Positions 1 to 10,950 of a DNA stretch of 64,000 nt are shown here, piece by piece. Made by a program: the position numbers and the translations under genes. The stretch's first letter is position 1. Every line of letters starts with the position of its first letter. The DNA is from Felis catus (lineage: Eukaryota): assembly GCF_018350175.1 (NCBI RefSeq), contig NC_058383.1, positions 21,640,001-21,704,000 of the forward strand, given 5' to 3'. The notes beneath the pieces are model-generated. The model worked only from the letters and a program-made list of their open reading frames with translations, was not told the DNA's origin and did not search any database.

Positions 1-67
1 CTCTAATATCATCCCAATTTTTTGAAGAGAGCAATTACATTTGTTCTCTGGACTCATCAACCAGACC

Positions 68-286
68 CAAGACTCGGCAAATTTTTCTGTGAAGCTTCAA
101 ATAGTAAGTATCTCAGGCTCTGTGGGCCACAAGGTCTGTGGGTCTCTGTGCAACTCTGTTTTAGCACAAAAGCAACCACAGAAAATACATTAACAAAAGA
201 CCATGGCTGTGTTCCAATAAAACTTTCTTTACAAAACCAGGCCACCGGCCAAATGTGGCCAACAGGCTCCAGTCTGCCAATGCCTG
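68..286 (+). mobile_element. MER58A-like hAT-Charlie MITE
   Basis: Degenerate TIRs (caagactcggcaaa / ctgccaatgcctg) and the internal ggctgtgttccaataaaactt. Confidence 0.8.
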
Positions 287-1172
287 ATTTAGACAACCAT
301 GCTGTGTTGGTATGAGTTAGGCAGACCTCTTAACCAGGAAAATGTATCTCTCTGTCCTTGCTGAGAGTCTGCAGCAATACGAGGGGGAGCCAGAGTGAAG
401 CGAAGCAGGGCAACAGCGGGCCCCACCCCGCCCACGGCCAAGAGCAGGCTAGCTCGTTAGCTGTCTTCAACACACTTGGGCTGGCAACCAATCGAGCTGG
501 CTTTCGAGAAGCCATTTTAAGGGAAAAGAGAGAAAGCAAAAGCAAAATCAACAGAGTGTCAACAATCAAGGCTCAAAATATAATCAAAGGCACAGAGAGA
601 AAAGAGACCCAGGGAGGGGGAAAACATACAAGCCTGAAGTTTCCAGAGGGAGACAGGGAAAGAAAGGAAGAGGGGAGCTACTGCAAGGGCAACAGAGGCA
701 ACCCTCCTGCCTCTGTGTCCTACACTCAACACTCATGCCAGAAATCACCCCGAAAGACTCAGACAATCGTGACAATTTCAGGCGCTGCCCCACAGAAGCC
801 ACTCATCCCAGTTATTCCCCAAAGCGGCACTGCTCCGGGTGTCTCTGGCATGTGGTTACTAACCACCCCCCCCCCCCCCCCCCCCCACTCTACGAGGAAA
901 CCACCTGGGGCTCGAGAGCAACTTCACCTTTATTCTAACCCACTTTAAATGAGCAGGGAGTTTTTGAAACAGCATGGCTTTCTGGAATGGAGAGAGGCCT
1001 TCCTGGAAGCAGGGAGATAGGCTGACCCTGGGAGAGGCAGGGCAGCTCCCGGAGAGGAACGAGCCACAGAGCCGGCGTGGTTCCGAGGGGACAGAACTGT
1101 GCCGCCAAAGGAGAAGACGTCAGGCAGCGGCTCCTGGTGTCAGGTGAATGCCCCCGCCAAGGAGAAACCCAC

Positions 1173-1383
1173 CTATAGGGAAGTTGCTGAAAGCATTTAT
1201 TGGTGACGGCCCTTTCTGCAGCTCGGGTGTAGTGTGGGGCATGACGTTCTCGAGGAAAGGTTTCATGGCTGGCTGATGGAGTGGCTGCTGCTGAGCTGGC
1301 GGGGTCTGTTGCTTCACCAACAGGTTGGGGTCCAGTTGGCGAGACTGCTGCATCATTTGCTGCTGCACACTAAGAGGTCGACC
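1173..1383 (-). CDS. TNRC6A: TNRC6A exon (probably 17), 211 nt: GRPLSVQQQ...NAFSNFPI(G)
   Basis: Acceptor tttcag|GGT; donor TAG|gtgggt; lies within ORF 1120..1455. Confidence 0.96.
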
Positions 1384-1656
1384 CTGAAAACAACCAAGTG
1401 ATCGGGAAACACTGGAGAGAAAGTCTTTAGGGATACCCAGGTATTCCCCCCTCAACTGCCGAATTCCCCTCCTCCCTGGCAGGAAGGTGAATAATCACCA
1501 TACTCCAGTTAACACGACCTCCGGGCAAACAGGAGACTTAACACATCACATATTTTGTCGTATCCTGATACAGGCATTTCGCCTCTCTTGTCACAAGCTC
1601 GAATGAAGTGAGTTCAGCGCAAGCTAAGCAAAAGGGGAAAGAAGGGTGTGATCTAC

Positions 1657-1734
1657 CTGCTGGTCTTGCTGCTGCCGGTTCCCAGAAGGCACGCTTCTCT
1701 GACTCTGCGCCCTTTGCTGCTGCGCTAACAATCG
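1657..1734 (-). CDS. TNRC6A: TNRC6A exon (probably 16), 78 nt: [26 protein letters not shown]
   Basis: Acceptor ctccag|CGA; donor CAG|gtagat; not in the ORF track. Confidence 0.94.
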
Positions 1735-2170
1735 CTGGAGGGGAGATGGCGAAAAGGCCGTCAGCGTCTCGTCAGAGTCGTGTCATAGAGCAAGCTTCGG
1801 GATGGCTGCAGGTGGACCTAAGGCGTGGCCTCATCTCGCGTACCCTCCTCCTGGGGCTCCCTGGACTCAAGCCGTTGTTGAATTCGGTCTTTGGTTCGGT
1901 CTAAACTACTTGCGCTTCGGGAGGGACATGTGCCCACCCACCCTCCCCGCCCCCATCCCACTCCCTCTGCCATCCCAGATCCGACTGGGTGGTGCTCGAA
2001 GAGCATCCCGCCTTTCCAGCTCACGACCTGTCCTCCCCGACAGACTGTAAGCTTCCTGGGGGCGACGGCACCCACTGTTTGCTGCCACGCTTCCCGCAGA
2101 GTCTTGGGTTTATTAGCACACAGCAGACGCTCAACAGACTTGCACTGAATAGGACTGTTAACCGACTCAC

Positions 2171-2299
2171 CTGTAACTGGGAGATCTGAGAAAGCTGGTT
2201 TAGTTGGGATAGCTGGTTCAGCATGGCTACCTGTTGAGGGCCAAAGAGCGGATTCAGGCCACCGTTGTTTGGTGCATACTTCAGCAATGAAACTGGAAC
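2171..2299 (-). CDS. TNRC6A: TNRC6A exon (probably 15), 129 nt: [10 protein letters not shown]...QISQLQ
   Basis: Acceptor cctaag|GTT; donor CAG|gtgagt. Confidence 0.95.
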
Positions 2300-2748
2300 C
2301 TTAGGATCACAATGGCAAGTTAATAACGTTGATCAAATAACTCAAAACTAACTAAATGTGCTGTGTAGTTTGACTTGTCAATAGAGCAATTAAATCTGTG
2401 GACTATTACCATGGAAGGTTGGTTAAGTTCTTGCTTTGCTTTATCGTTCATATAAACTTTTCTGGGTTAACTACAAGAGGACAGGGGTGAAATCTTAAAG
2501 CGGCCAATTTACTTTGCTGTTGTCTTCCTCCCCTCAACGTGTTTTCCGGAAGGTAGTAGTAAATTTCAGGTGTAACTGAACTTGGACTCATTTTCTTGAC
2601 CCAACCCACATCCGTTCGTAAGGACAACTAATTCTGCATTAGCTGTGTCTCAAAGATGCCAGTCGATGTGATGAGGAGCACCTAACTGTCTCGTTCAAAT
2701 ACCAAGTGTTTCCAGGTACACAGGGGAGGGCACGCCCGCAGTTGCTAC

Positions 2749-2886
2749 CTGAGGGGAGAGTAATGGAGGAGGCACTTGAGCACGGAGATTAGGCTGAGAT
2801 GAACTAAGAGGTTGTGCTGGAGGCTGCTGCAGGCCCCGGGCTTGTGCTGCTGTGTTTCCAACACCGAACATACTGGGATTGCCATT
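2749..2886 (-). CDS. TNRC6A: TNRC6A exon (probably 14), 138 nt: NGNPSMFG...PPLLSPQ
   Basis: Acceptor ttgcag|AAT; donor CAG|gtagca. Confidence 0.95.
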
Positions 2887-3053
2887 CTGCAAAACCAAAC
2901 GACAGCAACAGAACCCCAGTGGGATTCTTTAGGGACGGACGTTGCAATACCACACTGTAATATTGATTTAAACACAGTAACTACAAGTAAGAGAGATCTT
3001 ATTACTTCTACAAAGCATTCAACAGAGAGCCTAAAATACACGCGTGGACTTAC

Positions 3054-3200
3054 CTGTCTAACAGAATTCAAGTTTTGCATACCCAGCCCTGCTATGGAGC
3101 CAAGGGCCTGGTTAGGTAGTGCACTATTTGAAGGGGGAAGCTTCATGCTTTGACTGGACATAAACTGCATGTTTTGGGATTCATCTGCTACAATGCCATC
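3054..3200 (-). CDS. TNRC6A: TNRC6A exon (probably 13), 147 nt: DGIVADESQ...NLNSVRQ
   Basis: Acceptor aatcag|GAT; donor CAG|gtaagt; phase 0-0. Confidence 0.95.
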
Positions 3201-3607
3201 CTGATTGGACAGACAGAAAGATGTGCAACACCAGCCAAGCAAACAAGTAGAAGGGAGAAATCATTGCAGGAACAGAAGAGAAGTCACATGACATTCCAGC
3301 ATCAACAGGAAACAGGTAGAGAACAGAAGAGATCAGATTAGTGTTAATTCTAGAGTACATAAAAAGAACCAAACACATTTTACGGGATTCAGAAGAAAAT
3401 ACAAAATGCAATCCCTATGCTAAATTGAAACATAAAAGGGAGAATGAACTACAAATCCAGTAGTAGGATTTGGCACTGGATAATAAGCAGTACCTTACAT
3501 TAAATGCCCTAACCACTAATGAGAAAATTATGCCATTAAGTGTACTGGTTATTAGCCACAGGGTGAAACAAACAAACAAACAAGTAACAAACAAACAAAC
3601 AACTTAC

Positions 3608-3750
3608 CTTATCAAAATAAGGACTGCGCTCCATGGAAGACTCTTTGGAAATCTGAGGCCGAGAACCAGGGCCTTTCCCGACCGTTCGATTGTAATCACC
3701 AATATTTAGGCTATGTTTATCTATGTCCATTCGTTTGTCTTGTAACATTC
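3608..3750 (-). CDS. TNRC6A: TNRC6A exon (probably 12), 143 nt: (G)MLQDKRMD...SPYFDK
   Basis: Acceptor tattag|GA; donor AAG|gtaagt; overlaps ORF 3536..3748. Confidence 0.96.
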
Positions 3751-3929
3751 CTAATAAAGGCAGGAAATGATGTTACCATGTAGGAAGACGATTCAGTTGG
3801 CTTCAGATAAATTTACAGTAGAAAGCAAAACATTTCCTCCCTGTGGGAGGACTTCTGCCTTGAGAAGGACATGTGAAAAATGCACTTGCAAACTCAATTT
3901 CTTATTCCTATATGTATCTCATCTTTAAT

Positions 3930-6061
3930 AATAACCACGTATTGTTTACTGTCTCTCAGCTCCAAATTCACCCTTTCTGACTGCCCAAAGCACACCTTGG
4001 GTCTTAACAGTTTTTCCTTTGCCAGTTGGTGCAGAGGCTCTGTCGGTAGAGGGCGCCGGAGAGACGCTGTGGGAGGAAGTTCGATGTGCTCCCAGCAGCC
4101 CCCAGAATCCACCCCCCCCACCCCCCCGCCATCCCTCCACGTGGCTCTGTAGCAGAGTCTCTAGTGACACACCGCTCTGCGGACAGATTTCCACCAAGTG
4201 CCACCAGCACAACAGCACAGCGACTCGCGTGCCATTCAGTGAGCCATGGAGGAGGCGGGGCCTCCTCCTCACAGAATGGACCCACGGTCCGGATACGGAT
4301 TTGTTTTTCCTGCCTGAAAAGCTTCTGCCATCCCCAGTCTGGCAGAAGGCCTTATATCCCCACAGCACTGTGTCTGACCACAGAACTCACTCCAGAGCAA
4401 AGGGAGGACGGTCATGGGATCACGCCCGTGGATCAAGTGGTCTGACCACATACGCCGTCACCCAAAAGTAGCTAGCCAAACTGACAGAACTGGTTACAAA
4501 CCAAGTCGGGAGACAACATCCTTCAAGGATGGGCTTCTGCTTCATGGCACACACTGCCACCCACATCACCAGAACACAGAGGTCTGGGAATCAGAAGGTG
4601 AGAGTCGGCATGGTTTCTCTGTTATACCTGACAAGCGACTCAGAATTCTTGCTTCCTGTTCCAGCAACTCTACAGATTTGGAGACCTTAGTCCTCAAGAG
4701 AGAGAAAACGCTTCTACAAGGAGACACATCAGGTCGCTGAACTGGAAGATGAAAACGGCACCTGGATATTTTGCCCTCCTTGTGCCACTGAACCGCCAGG
4801 CAAAAGGGGTTCATCTGCTGGCTGAAGTGACTCTGATCACCAGAGGAAATGGGCTTTCTGATACAAAACAAGGGCCGCGAGGACTCTAGAACCCAGGGGG
4901 TTCTCTGGGGGTGCTCCTTCGCATGTCCGGGCCCACTAGTAAAGGCCAATGAAGAGCCAGAGCAACCAAGAAAAGGCAGGACGATTAAGGGCTTGGATTC
5001 TTTGGGAACAAAGACCTGCATCCCTCCAGCAGCAAAGGAACCCGGGGGCGCTGAGGTACTGGTAAGAGCAGGGCAGTGTGGGATGGGTGCCGACAGAAGC
5101 CAGCCAGAACACCAGCCACAGGTCTGACCAATCACAGAAACGAGGTCAGTACAAGGTCTGCACGTTTCCTATGGCTTGTTACATGAGTGTGGTTATCTGG
5201 ATAGGCCAACCTTCTCTCTCCCATTTTCGTTTTATCCACTCTGAACTGATGAAAGTTCCTATCCTATCCAACTGTTGAAAGTTCGCTCTACAACTCAGTC
5301 TTTCAGTCTCAACTGTGACTAACTTTGAGGGGTAGTAATACCGCCAATGACAATGCAATGACTACTGGGACCGTGTGTGTCTCCTCAGTTTGGTGAGAGG
5401 GCAGACTTCCTCACCCGTCAGAAAGAGAAAGAGAGCCGCGCCTCGTTAAGACAGAGCCGCTCTGCCACTGTAGTGGGGCAGGGCAGTGTGCGCACAGGGC
5501 GCGTGGGGAAGATGGTGGTCGAAGGGCGGGGTGAACTGTGCCATCCATCGACCTACCGCCTCTCAGCTCCAAATTCACCTCATCAGCCCTGGACCCTTTC
5601 CGCATCTTTCCCTTGGCCGGCCGACACTGCAGCTTTGCGGGTAGAGGGTGCAGGAGACACTGCTGTCTCCTGGGTGCAGGCACCCCCTCCTGCGGCACAG
5701 ACCCCACCCTGCCGCGGCACCCCCGGCAGCGGCTCTGGCGGTCTAGTGGCAGAGCGCCTCCCGTGAGACACCTCCCCACGGGGCACAGCTCCTGCAGTTC
5801 CGCGTGGGCGACACCACCGTGACTTCTCTGCCACATGGTGAGCAGAGGCCAGGTCCAGGAGTCTGGACCCCCTGCACGGGCACGCCACCTCAATCCTAAG
5901 GTCAGAGACCTCTCCTTGCTTCTGCTAGTCTATCTTCAGTGTGCTCCTTACCTCCTACTAGCCAAAGCCTCGTCACTCGAATAATTCCTTAGATTTGTAT
6001 CAAACCTTCCTGTTCAAATCGCTGCATAGTCCGCTCTCCTGCCGGGACTCAGACTAACAGA
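3930..6061 (+). mobile_element. Degenerate, internally deleted ERV-L provirus: LTR41-like 5' LTR remnant (~3930-4235), integrase/dUTPase remnant (~4240-5150), 3' region, PPT, 3' LTR (5537-6061)
   Basis: ctctcagctccaaattcacc occurs at 3953 and 5560. Broken frames resemble HERV-L pol: SGYGFVFPA, PHSTVSDHRTH, IKWSDHIRRHP, LNWKMKTAPGYFALLVPLN, DQSQKRG. PPT-like agggcggggtgaac precedes the TGTG start at 5537. Confidence 0.85.
4041..4059 (+). promoter_or_regulatory. CTCF-like motif in the 5' LTR
   Basis: tgtcggtagagggcgccgg resembles the CTCF core (CCASYAGRKGGCRS); LTR41 elements are known CTCF-motif carriers. Confidence 0.5.
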
Positions 6062-6364
6062 AAAACGGCACCACCTACTAAAGTTTTCAGGCAAGAAAGT
6101 GGAAATCAGCTTTTATCACACCCGCTCCCTCACCCTCCACAATGAATTGGTTCAGACTGGTTACCAACTTTCGTTGATTCTAATTCCTGAATCTCCACAG
6201 AATTAAGAGTCTTCCCACCTACTATCTTAGAGTTTTGAAATCCTCACTGGATTTGAAATCCCACTCCAACAAATCTCACACTGGTTCTGGTATCTTGTCC
6301 TTAGTCCTCTGCCGCGAATCTTTCCTGTCCTAAGACATTTTCAACCTGCAGCCATAATAATTTT

Positions 6365-6596
6365 ACTATTATTATTATTATTTTTAAAGTTTATTTATTT
6401 TGAGAGAGAGAGAGACAGAGAGACAGAGAGCATGCATGCATGAGCAGGGGAGGTGCAGAGAAAGAGAGGGAGGGAGAGAATCCTAAGCAGGTTCCATGCT
6501 GTTAGTGCAGAGTCCGACACAGGGCTCAGGTGAGATCATGACCTGAGCAGAAATCAAGAGCTGGGCACTTAACTGGCTGAGTCACCCAGGTGCCCC
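6365..6596 (-). mobile_element. Can-SINE
   Basis: Reverse of ggggcacctgggtg..., (GA)n segment, T-rich tail; TSD-like ccata/cataatttt. Confidence 0.9.
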
Positions 6597-7164
6597 TACC
6601 ATCATAATTTTCTTAAAACATAAACCCAAATCATGTCATTCTCCTGCTTCAAATTATTTAATTCCGTGCTTTCAGAATAAAGTTCAAACCCCCCAGCTCC
6701 TTATGTTTTAGCCTCTGCCTAATTTCTAGCACCTTCCCTAGGCAAAGCTTCTTCATTACCACACTCCCACCACCACAACCAATTTACGTTTCTTCTCCCA
6801 CTGCATGGAACTACTTGCCATTTCTCTAGCTGTCTTATACTGTCTCTGTCCTATTATCTGAGCCTTTACACATACCGTTCCCTGAATTACTAAGACTCTA
6901 TCACCCAACCTGGATGACTCCTCCTGACAGGACTAGATTTGAGGTAATCACAGACTGGTATCACCATGACCTCAGACCTTGCACAGCGATGTGCACTTGG
7001 AAGGCTTACAAACCACCATACTCTAACGCGGGCTGGAGAGCACAGGATACCGTAACGGGAACCCAGACCTCCCGTCTCCTGGCCCAGGTCAGTGCTCGCT
7101 TAGTAGGATCATGTCACAGATCCGTTTGTCCATCAGTGATGAATACAAACTCAACCTGATTTAC

Positions 7165-7216
7165 CTCCAGAAAGGTCCATCTTATTGCTCTGTACGTTTT
7201 CTTCTGGTGAGTCTCT
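7165..7216 (-). CDS. TNRC6A: TNRC6A exon (probably 11), 52 nt: RDSPEENVQSNKMDLSG
   Basis: Acceptor ttcag|AGA; donor GAG|gtaaat; 17 codons plus 1 nt. Confidence 0.94.
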
Positions 7217-7560
7217 CTGAAGGAAGAAAATGGGGCATGTTAGCAGGCCTTCATTCATCAATGACAAGAAATTAAAAACGAAAACCTTTACTTCGTTATT
7301 TGTCAAAAGGCAAAGAGGATATGTGACCGATGTTTTTAGCTACAACTATAAAAATAAAGAAGGCTTCATGGCCCATTTTACTGTAACCTCCAGCAGACTC
7401 ATAAAGGCCTCAAACGTAAGTAATAATTTGTTAAGAAAACAAAAAATTAAATTAGGGTTATTTAACCACCATTTATAGGTGGTTAACAGACCACCTATAA
7501 CATTATGGGGTATCAGACCACCATTAAAAGGGGAGGGGGCTGCTGGGAAAACACACTTAC

Positions 7561-7641
7561 CGAAAAACTGATATTTGAAAACTGTTTAACGAATGGATTT
7601 ATCCACGCTTCTTCTTGTTTGTTTCCACCTTTCATGGTTCC
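7561..7641 (-). CDS. TNRC6A: TNRC6A exon (probably 10), 81 nt: [27 protein letters not shown]
   Basis: Acceptor gcaaag|GGA; donor TCG|gtaagt. Confidence 0.95.
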
Positions 7642-9229
7642 CTTTGCAAAACAAAAGAGTAGAAAGCTGCCATGGCCACCTCTATTGATCTGGGTACAGT
7701 GATGGATTACTATAACTTCAAGACAATTCCCAACTCTCATTTTTAGCCAATTAATTTCTCCTTCAACCAACTCTTATCCGAGTTGTTAACAATTACAAAT
7801 CAACTTATTTGATTTTCAACTTCCTTTGCTCCAGTCCTCTGGTATAGCTGTAATGTACAGAGAAATCCCTAAAGGCAAGCAGTCAGAAGGAAAAGACGGA
7901 AGCAAAGGGCCTTGATAACCCACACAAGGAGAAAAGGTCCTCGGACTAACGGAGAACTGCTCGTCACACAGCTTCCAGTTTATAACTGGATGGTGCTCTG
8001 AGAGCTTACTCATAATCTGGATCTGTGGAGCTCTCACACCACACTAATGTAAAAGTAGTCATTAGGTTTCTCGGGTTCATCCACAGAAACCCACATAACG
8101 CGTACTTTAGTTGTGCTGCGTGCGCTGTACTGAAAAAACACACACGTTTCCGAATGAAAGACTTGAAAAATTATGATCTGTGTTGCCAAGAACACAGTAC
8201 CCCAGCAGCAGCTGAGGCTGGGGGCCCCCCCCTTCCACCCCGGTGCTGGCTGGGAACAGGCGGTACAGAAACTACCGAGACATGCTTCGAGGGGGTGAAT
8301 GGTCCACGACATGCCCGGTCGACCGGGAGGCGGGAAGCCACAGGGACCAAGGTGTCCCGTGAATGTGAAGACCATGGGGCCATTCTCGGTCTGCTGCCTT
8401 AATTTCCCTTTCCCGTTGCTACCGCCTGTTCCTTCCGACTGTGGGACAGAACACAGCTTCACAGTCCCCGCCCCCCCCCCCCCCCCCCCCCAAGTGCAGG
8501 TCTCTGAAGCAAGCACCTAACCCTCGCCGTGGTTTCTGAAGTCGTCCTTGATTCCTCTGCCTCTCACTCCCACCCGCACGCCTAACTGGCTGCCAAGGCC
8601 TTCTGTCCCTTCCATTTCAAAATGTCTCTCCAATCAGTCCTTGCACTACACATCCATTCTTGCTTCCCCATTCAGGCCCTCACTTCTCACCCGAATGAGT
8701 GCAGAAGCTTCCTGAGATCCCCAACTCTGGTCCCTCCTCAGTGCCAATGATCTTTCATACGATCACACTGGTTAGCTTTCTTTAAAGTGAGTAATTTAAA
8801 AAACCCAAGTTCATGTTGCCTTCTATGCAATTTCACTGGCTCTGTATTTTAAACAGAATAAAGTTCAAATTCTTTGGCACGGTACTGAAAAGACTTTACA
8901 ACCTGCCCCTTCATCTAACTATAGAGCCAGATCTCTTGTCACCTCTGTCCAGAGATTCCACATTTTAGTATGTCAGGCTACTATTCTCCTTAGCACATCC
9001 CCCCCCCAGGCATCTTCCAAATTCAAGTGGGCACTCCTCAGAGCTCTCCTATGGCCCCACACTAGACTCTGAGCTCCTTGAAGGTGCAGCTCATGTCCTA
9101 GTGGTTTTGAACCCCCAGCACCAAGCACAGTACCTGGCACACAGCAGAGGCTAAATAAATGTTTGCAGTTGCTTTCTAAAAGATTTTTACTAGCAGAAAC
9201 AAAGGAGAAAGAGTAAAAAGGCTACACAC

Positions 9230-9262
9230 CCTTTCCCTTCTCCTTTTTTTGCCACTCAGACC
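9230..9262 (-). CDS. TNRC6A: TNRC6A 33-nt microexon (probably 9): GLSGKKRRRER, basic NLS
   Basis: ccttacag|GGT CTG AGT GGC AAA AAA AGG AGA AGG GAA AGG|gtgtgt; phase 0-0; matches the recalled human peptide. Confidence 0.92.
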
Positions 9263-10476
9263 CTGTAAGGAAAGACAAAGTCACAAAACAGCATGGTCCA
9301 GTGGGAAGAACACAGGGTTTGGAACTGGAAGGCCTAAACTTAAGTTCCCGCTCTGTCACTTACTAGTTATGTATCTCTGGGCATGCCACCACCTTTTCCG
9401 GTCTCAAATTCCTAATCAGCGTTCTATCTCAAAAGGTCATGAGGATCAAATGGCTTATGTAAAATATGGGAAAACACTTCATAAACTACATGGAGGCAAC
9501 AGGCAAATTCAGCCGAATGAAAATCTTTGTAAAGGAAAATGGCAGGTCCTAGACTGAGAATCCCAGGATTAAAAGGGAGGGACCCTGGTGGCCAGCTAGG
9601 GGAGCTACTGGATATTTTACCTGCAAGGTCCCTCGGGGTGGGGAGGGGGGCGTAAAAAACAAAACAAAACAAACGTTTCTCAAAAAGGCGGCGGGGGGAG
9701 GGAGGGGGGAGAACCCCCAGGGGAGGGCCCCCCAGGGAGAACCACCTGGGGACTGGGCATATATTTTGAAAATGGTCCCCAAGAGAATCTGACACCAGCA
9801 TCCAATACCATCTCTTAAGAACCTGTGCTTTGTGTCAGTGGTCTCAGACCTGGCTCTGCATCAGAGACATATGGGGTCCAATTTCCAAAACTACAGTAGG
9901 CCTGGGGTACAGGAGGTTGTGCTTTTAACAAATGCCATTATGATTCTGATGTACCAACAGGTTTGGGGGTAACATCTGTCCACATATCGGAGACAAACCA
10001 AATAACTCTGATCATTTCTGGGCATTTCTGTCACAGGACCTTTCAGGGTGAGGGAAGGGCTGAGGACGGGGGATGAGAAAGGAAGACGGTGATTCTGGGT
10101 AAAGGGGGGTTGGGGGCTCTGGGTGAAGCGGAATGGGAGATGAGCTGGCGGTGGGATGGAAAGAGTCAACATGGAGATTTGCCCTTCTCTTCATCCCCAC
10201 CACTGCGGGCACCACTCTGGGTGAGGGGCTGTCCCAGGCAGCACTGGTGGAAGGGGAGGAGGAGAGAAATCCCAAGCTGTAGCAGTGGGGAGAAAGGAAG
10301 TTCCTGTGGTCTTACGGTTTTCTAGGTGGCTGCCCGTACACGAGGCTACACCTAAATTGGGGACTGCCTAGACTGTATTGGTCGCCATAAATGGGCAGGC
10401 AGGACAGCAATTTTTTCTGAGGGTAGACTACCTTTGGAATTCAAAGTTTCAAGGGCTGTGCCCTTGAAATGTTTAC

Positions 10477-10652
10477 CTTCGATGACATTTTCTTTGTATA
10501 TGGTGGCCAATTTAAAGATGAGTTAAGCTCTTGAGATGAATTACTATTCCACATTCCAATCTCTACATCCTCTTCCTCTTCCCAGCCAGTGGGGCGATTT
10601 CCAGGCAATGGCATATCATCACCACACCAGCCATCTTGCATAGATTTTGGCC
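10477..10652 (-). CDS. TNRC6A: TNRC6A exon (probably 8), 176 nt: (G)PKSMQDGW...KKMSSK
   Basis: Acceptor aatcag|GG; donor AAG|gtaaac; overlaps ORF 10441..10641. Confidence 0.96.
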
Positions 10653-10844
10653 CTGATTGTGGATTTGTGATACAAAGAGAAACATGCTGTAATCAAACAA
10701 TTCTTTCTAGAGGATGAGAACTCATTAACAGGGTGGGGCGAGACGGGGGTACCTAAAAAAACCCCGCTTTTACTTCCCTTCCCAAATCTACAGGGCAGAA
10801 GTGTATGTTTTATACTGAGTTGAAAGTTCCATTAGGCAAGAATT

Positions 10845-10950
10845 TTTTTTTCTTTTTATAAGTAATCTCTACACCCAACATGGGGCCCAAACCCACGACC
10901 CCGAGATCAAGAGTCGCATGCTCTACTGACTGAGCCAGCCAGGCACGCCT
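10845..10950 (-). mobile_element. Short Can-SINE
   Basis: gagatcaagagtcgcatgctctactgactgagccagccaggc. Confidence 0.85.

Noticed and set aside
358..948. 196-aa plus-strand ORF and other long ORFs in the GC-rich first 8.5 kb
   Set aside because: Mostly non-ATG starts, no recognisable domain, intronic or ERV-derived; stops are scarce in GC-rich DNA.
2745..3242. 165-aa ORF reading through the 167-nt intron
   Set aside because: The intron length is not a multiple of 3, so the next exon is read out of frame; explained by exon plus a chance open frame.
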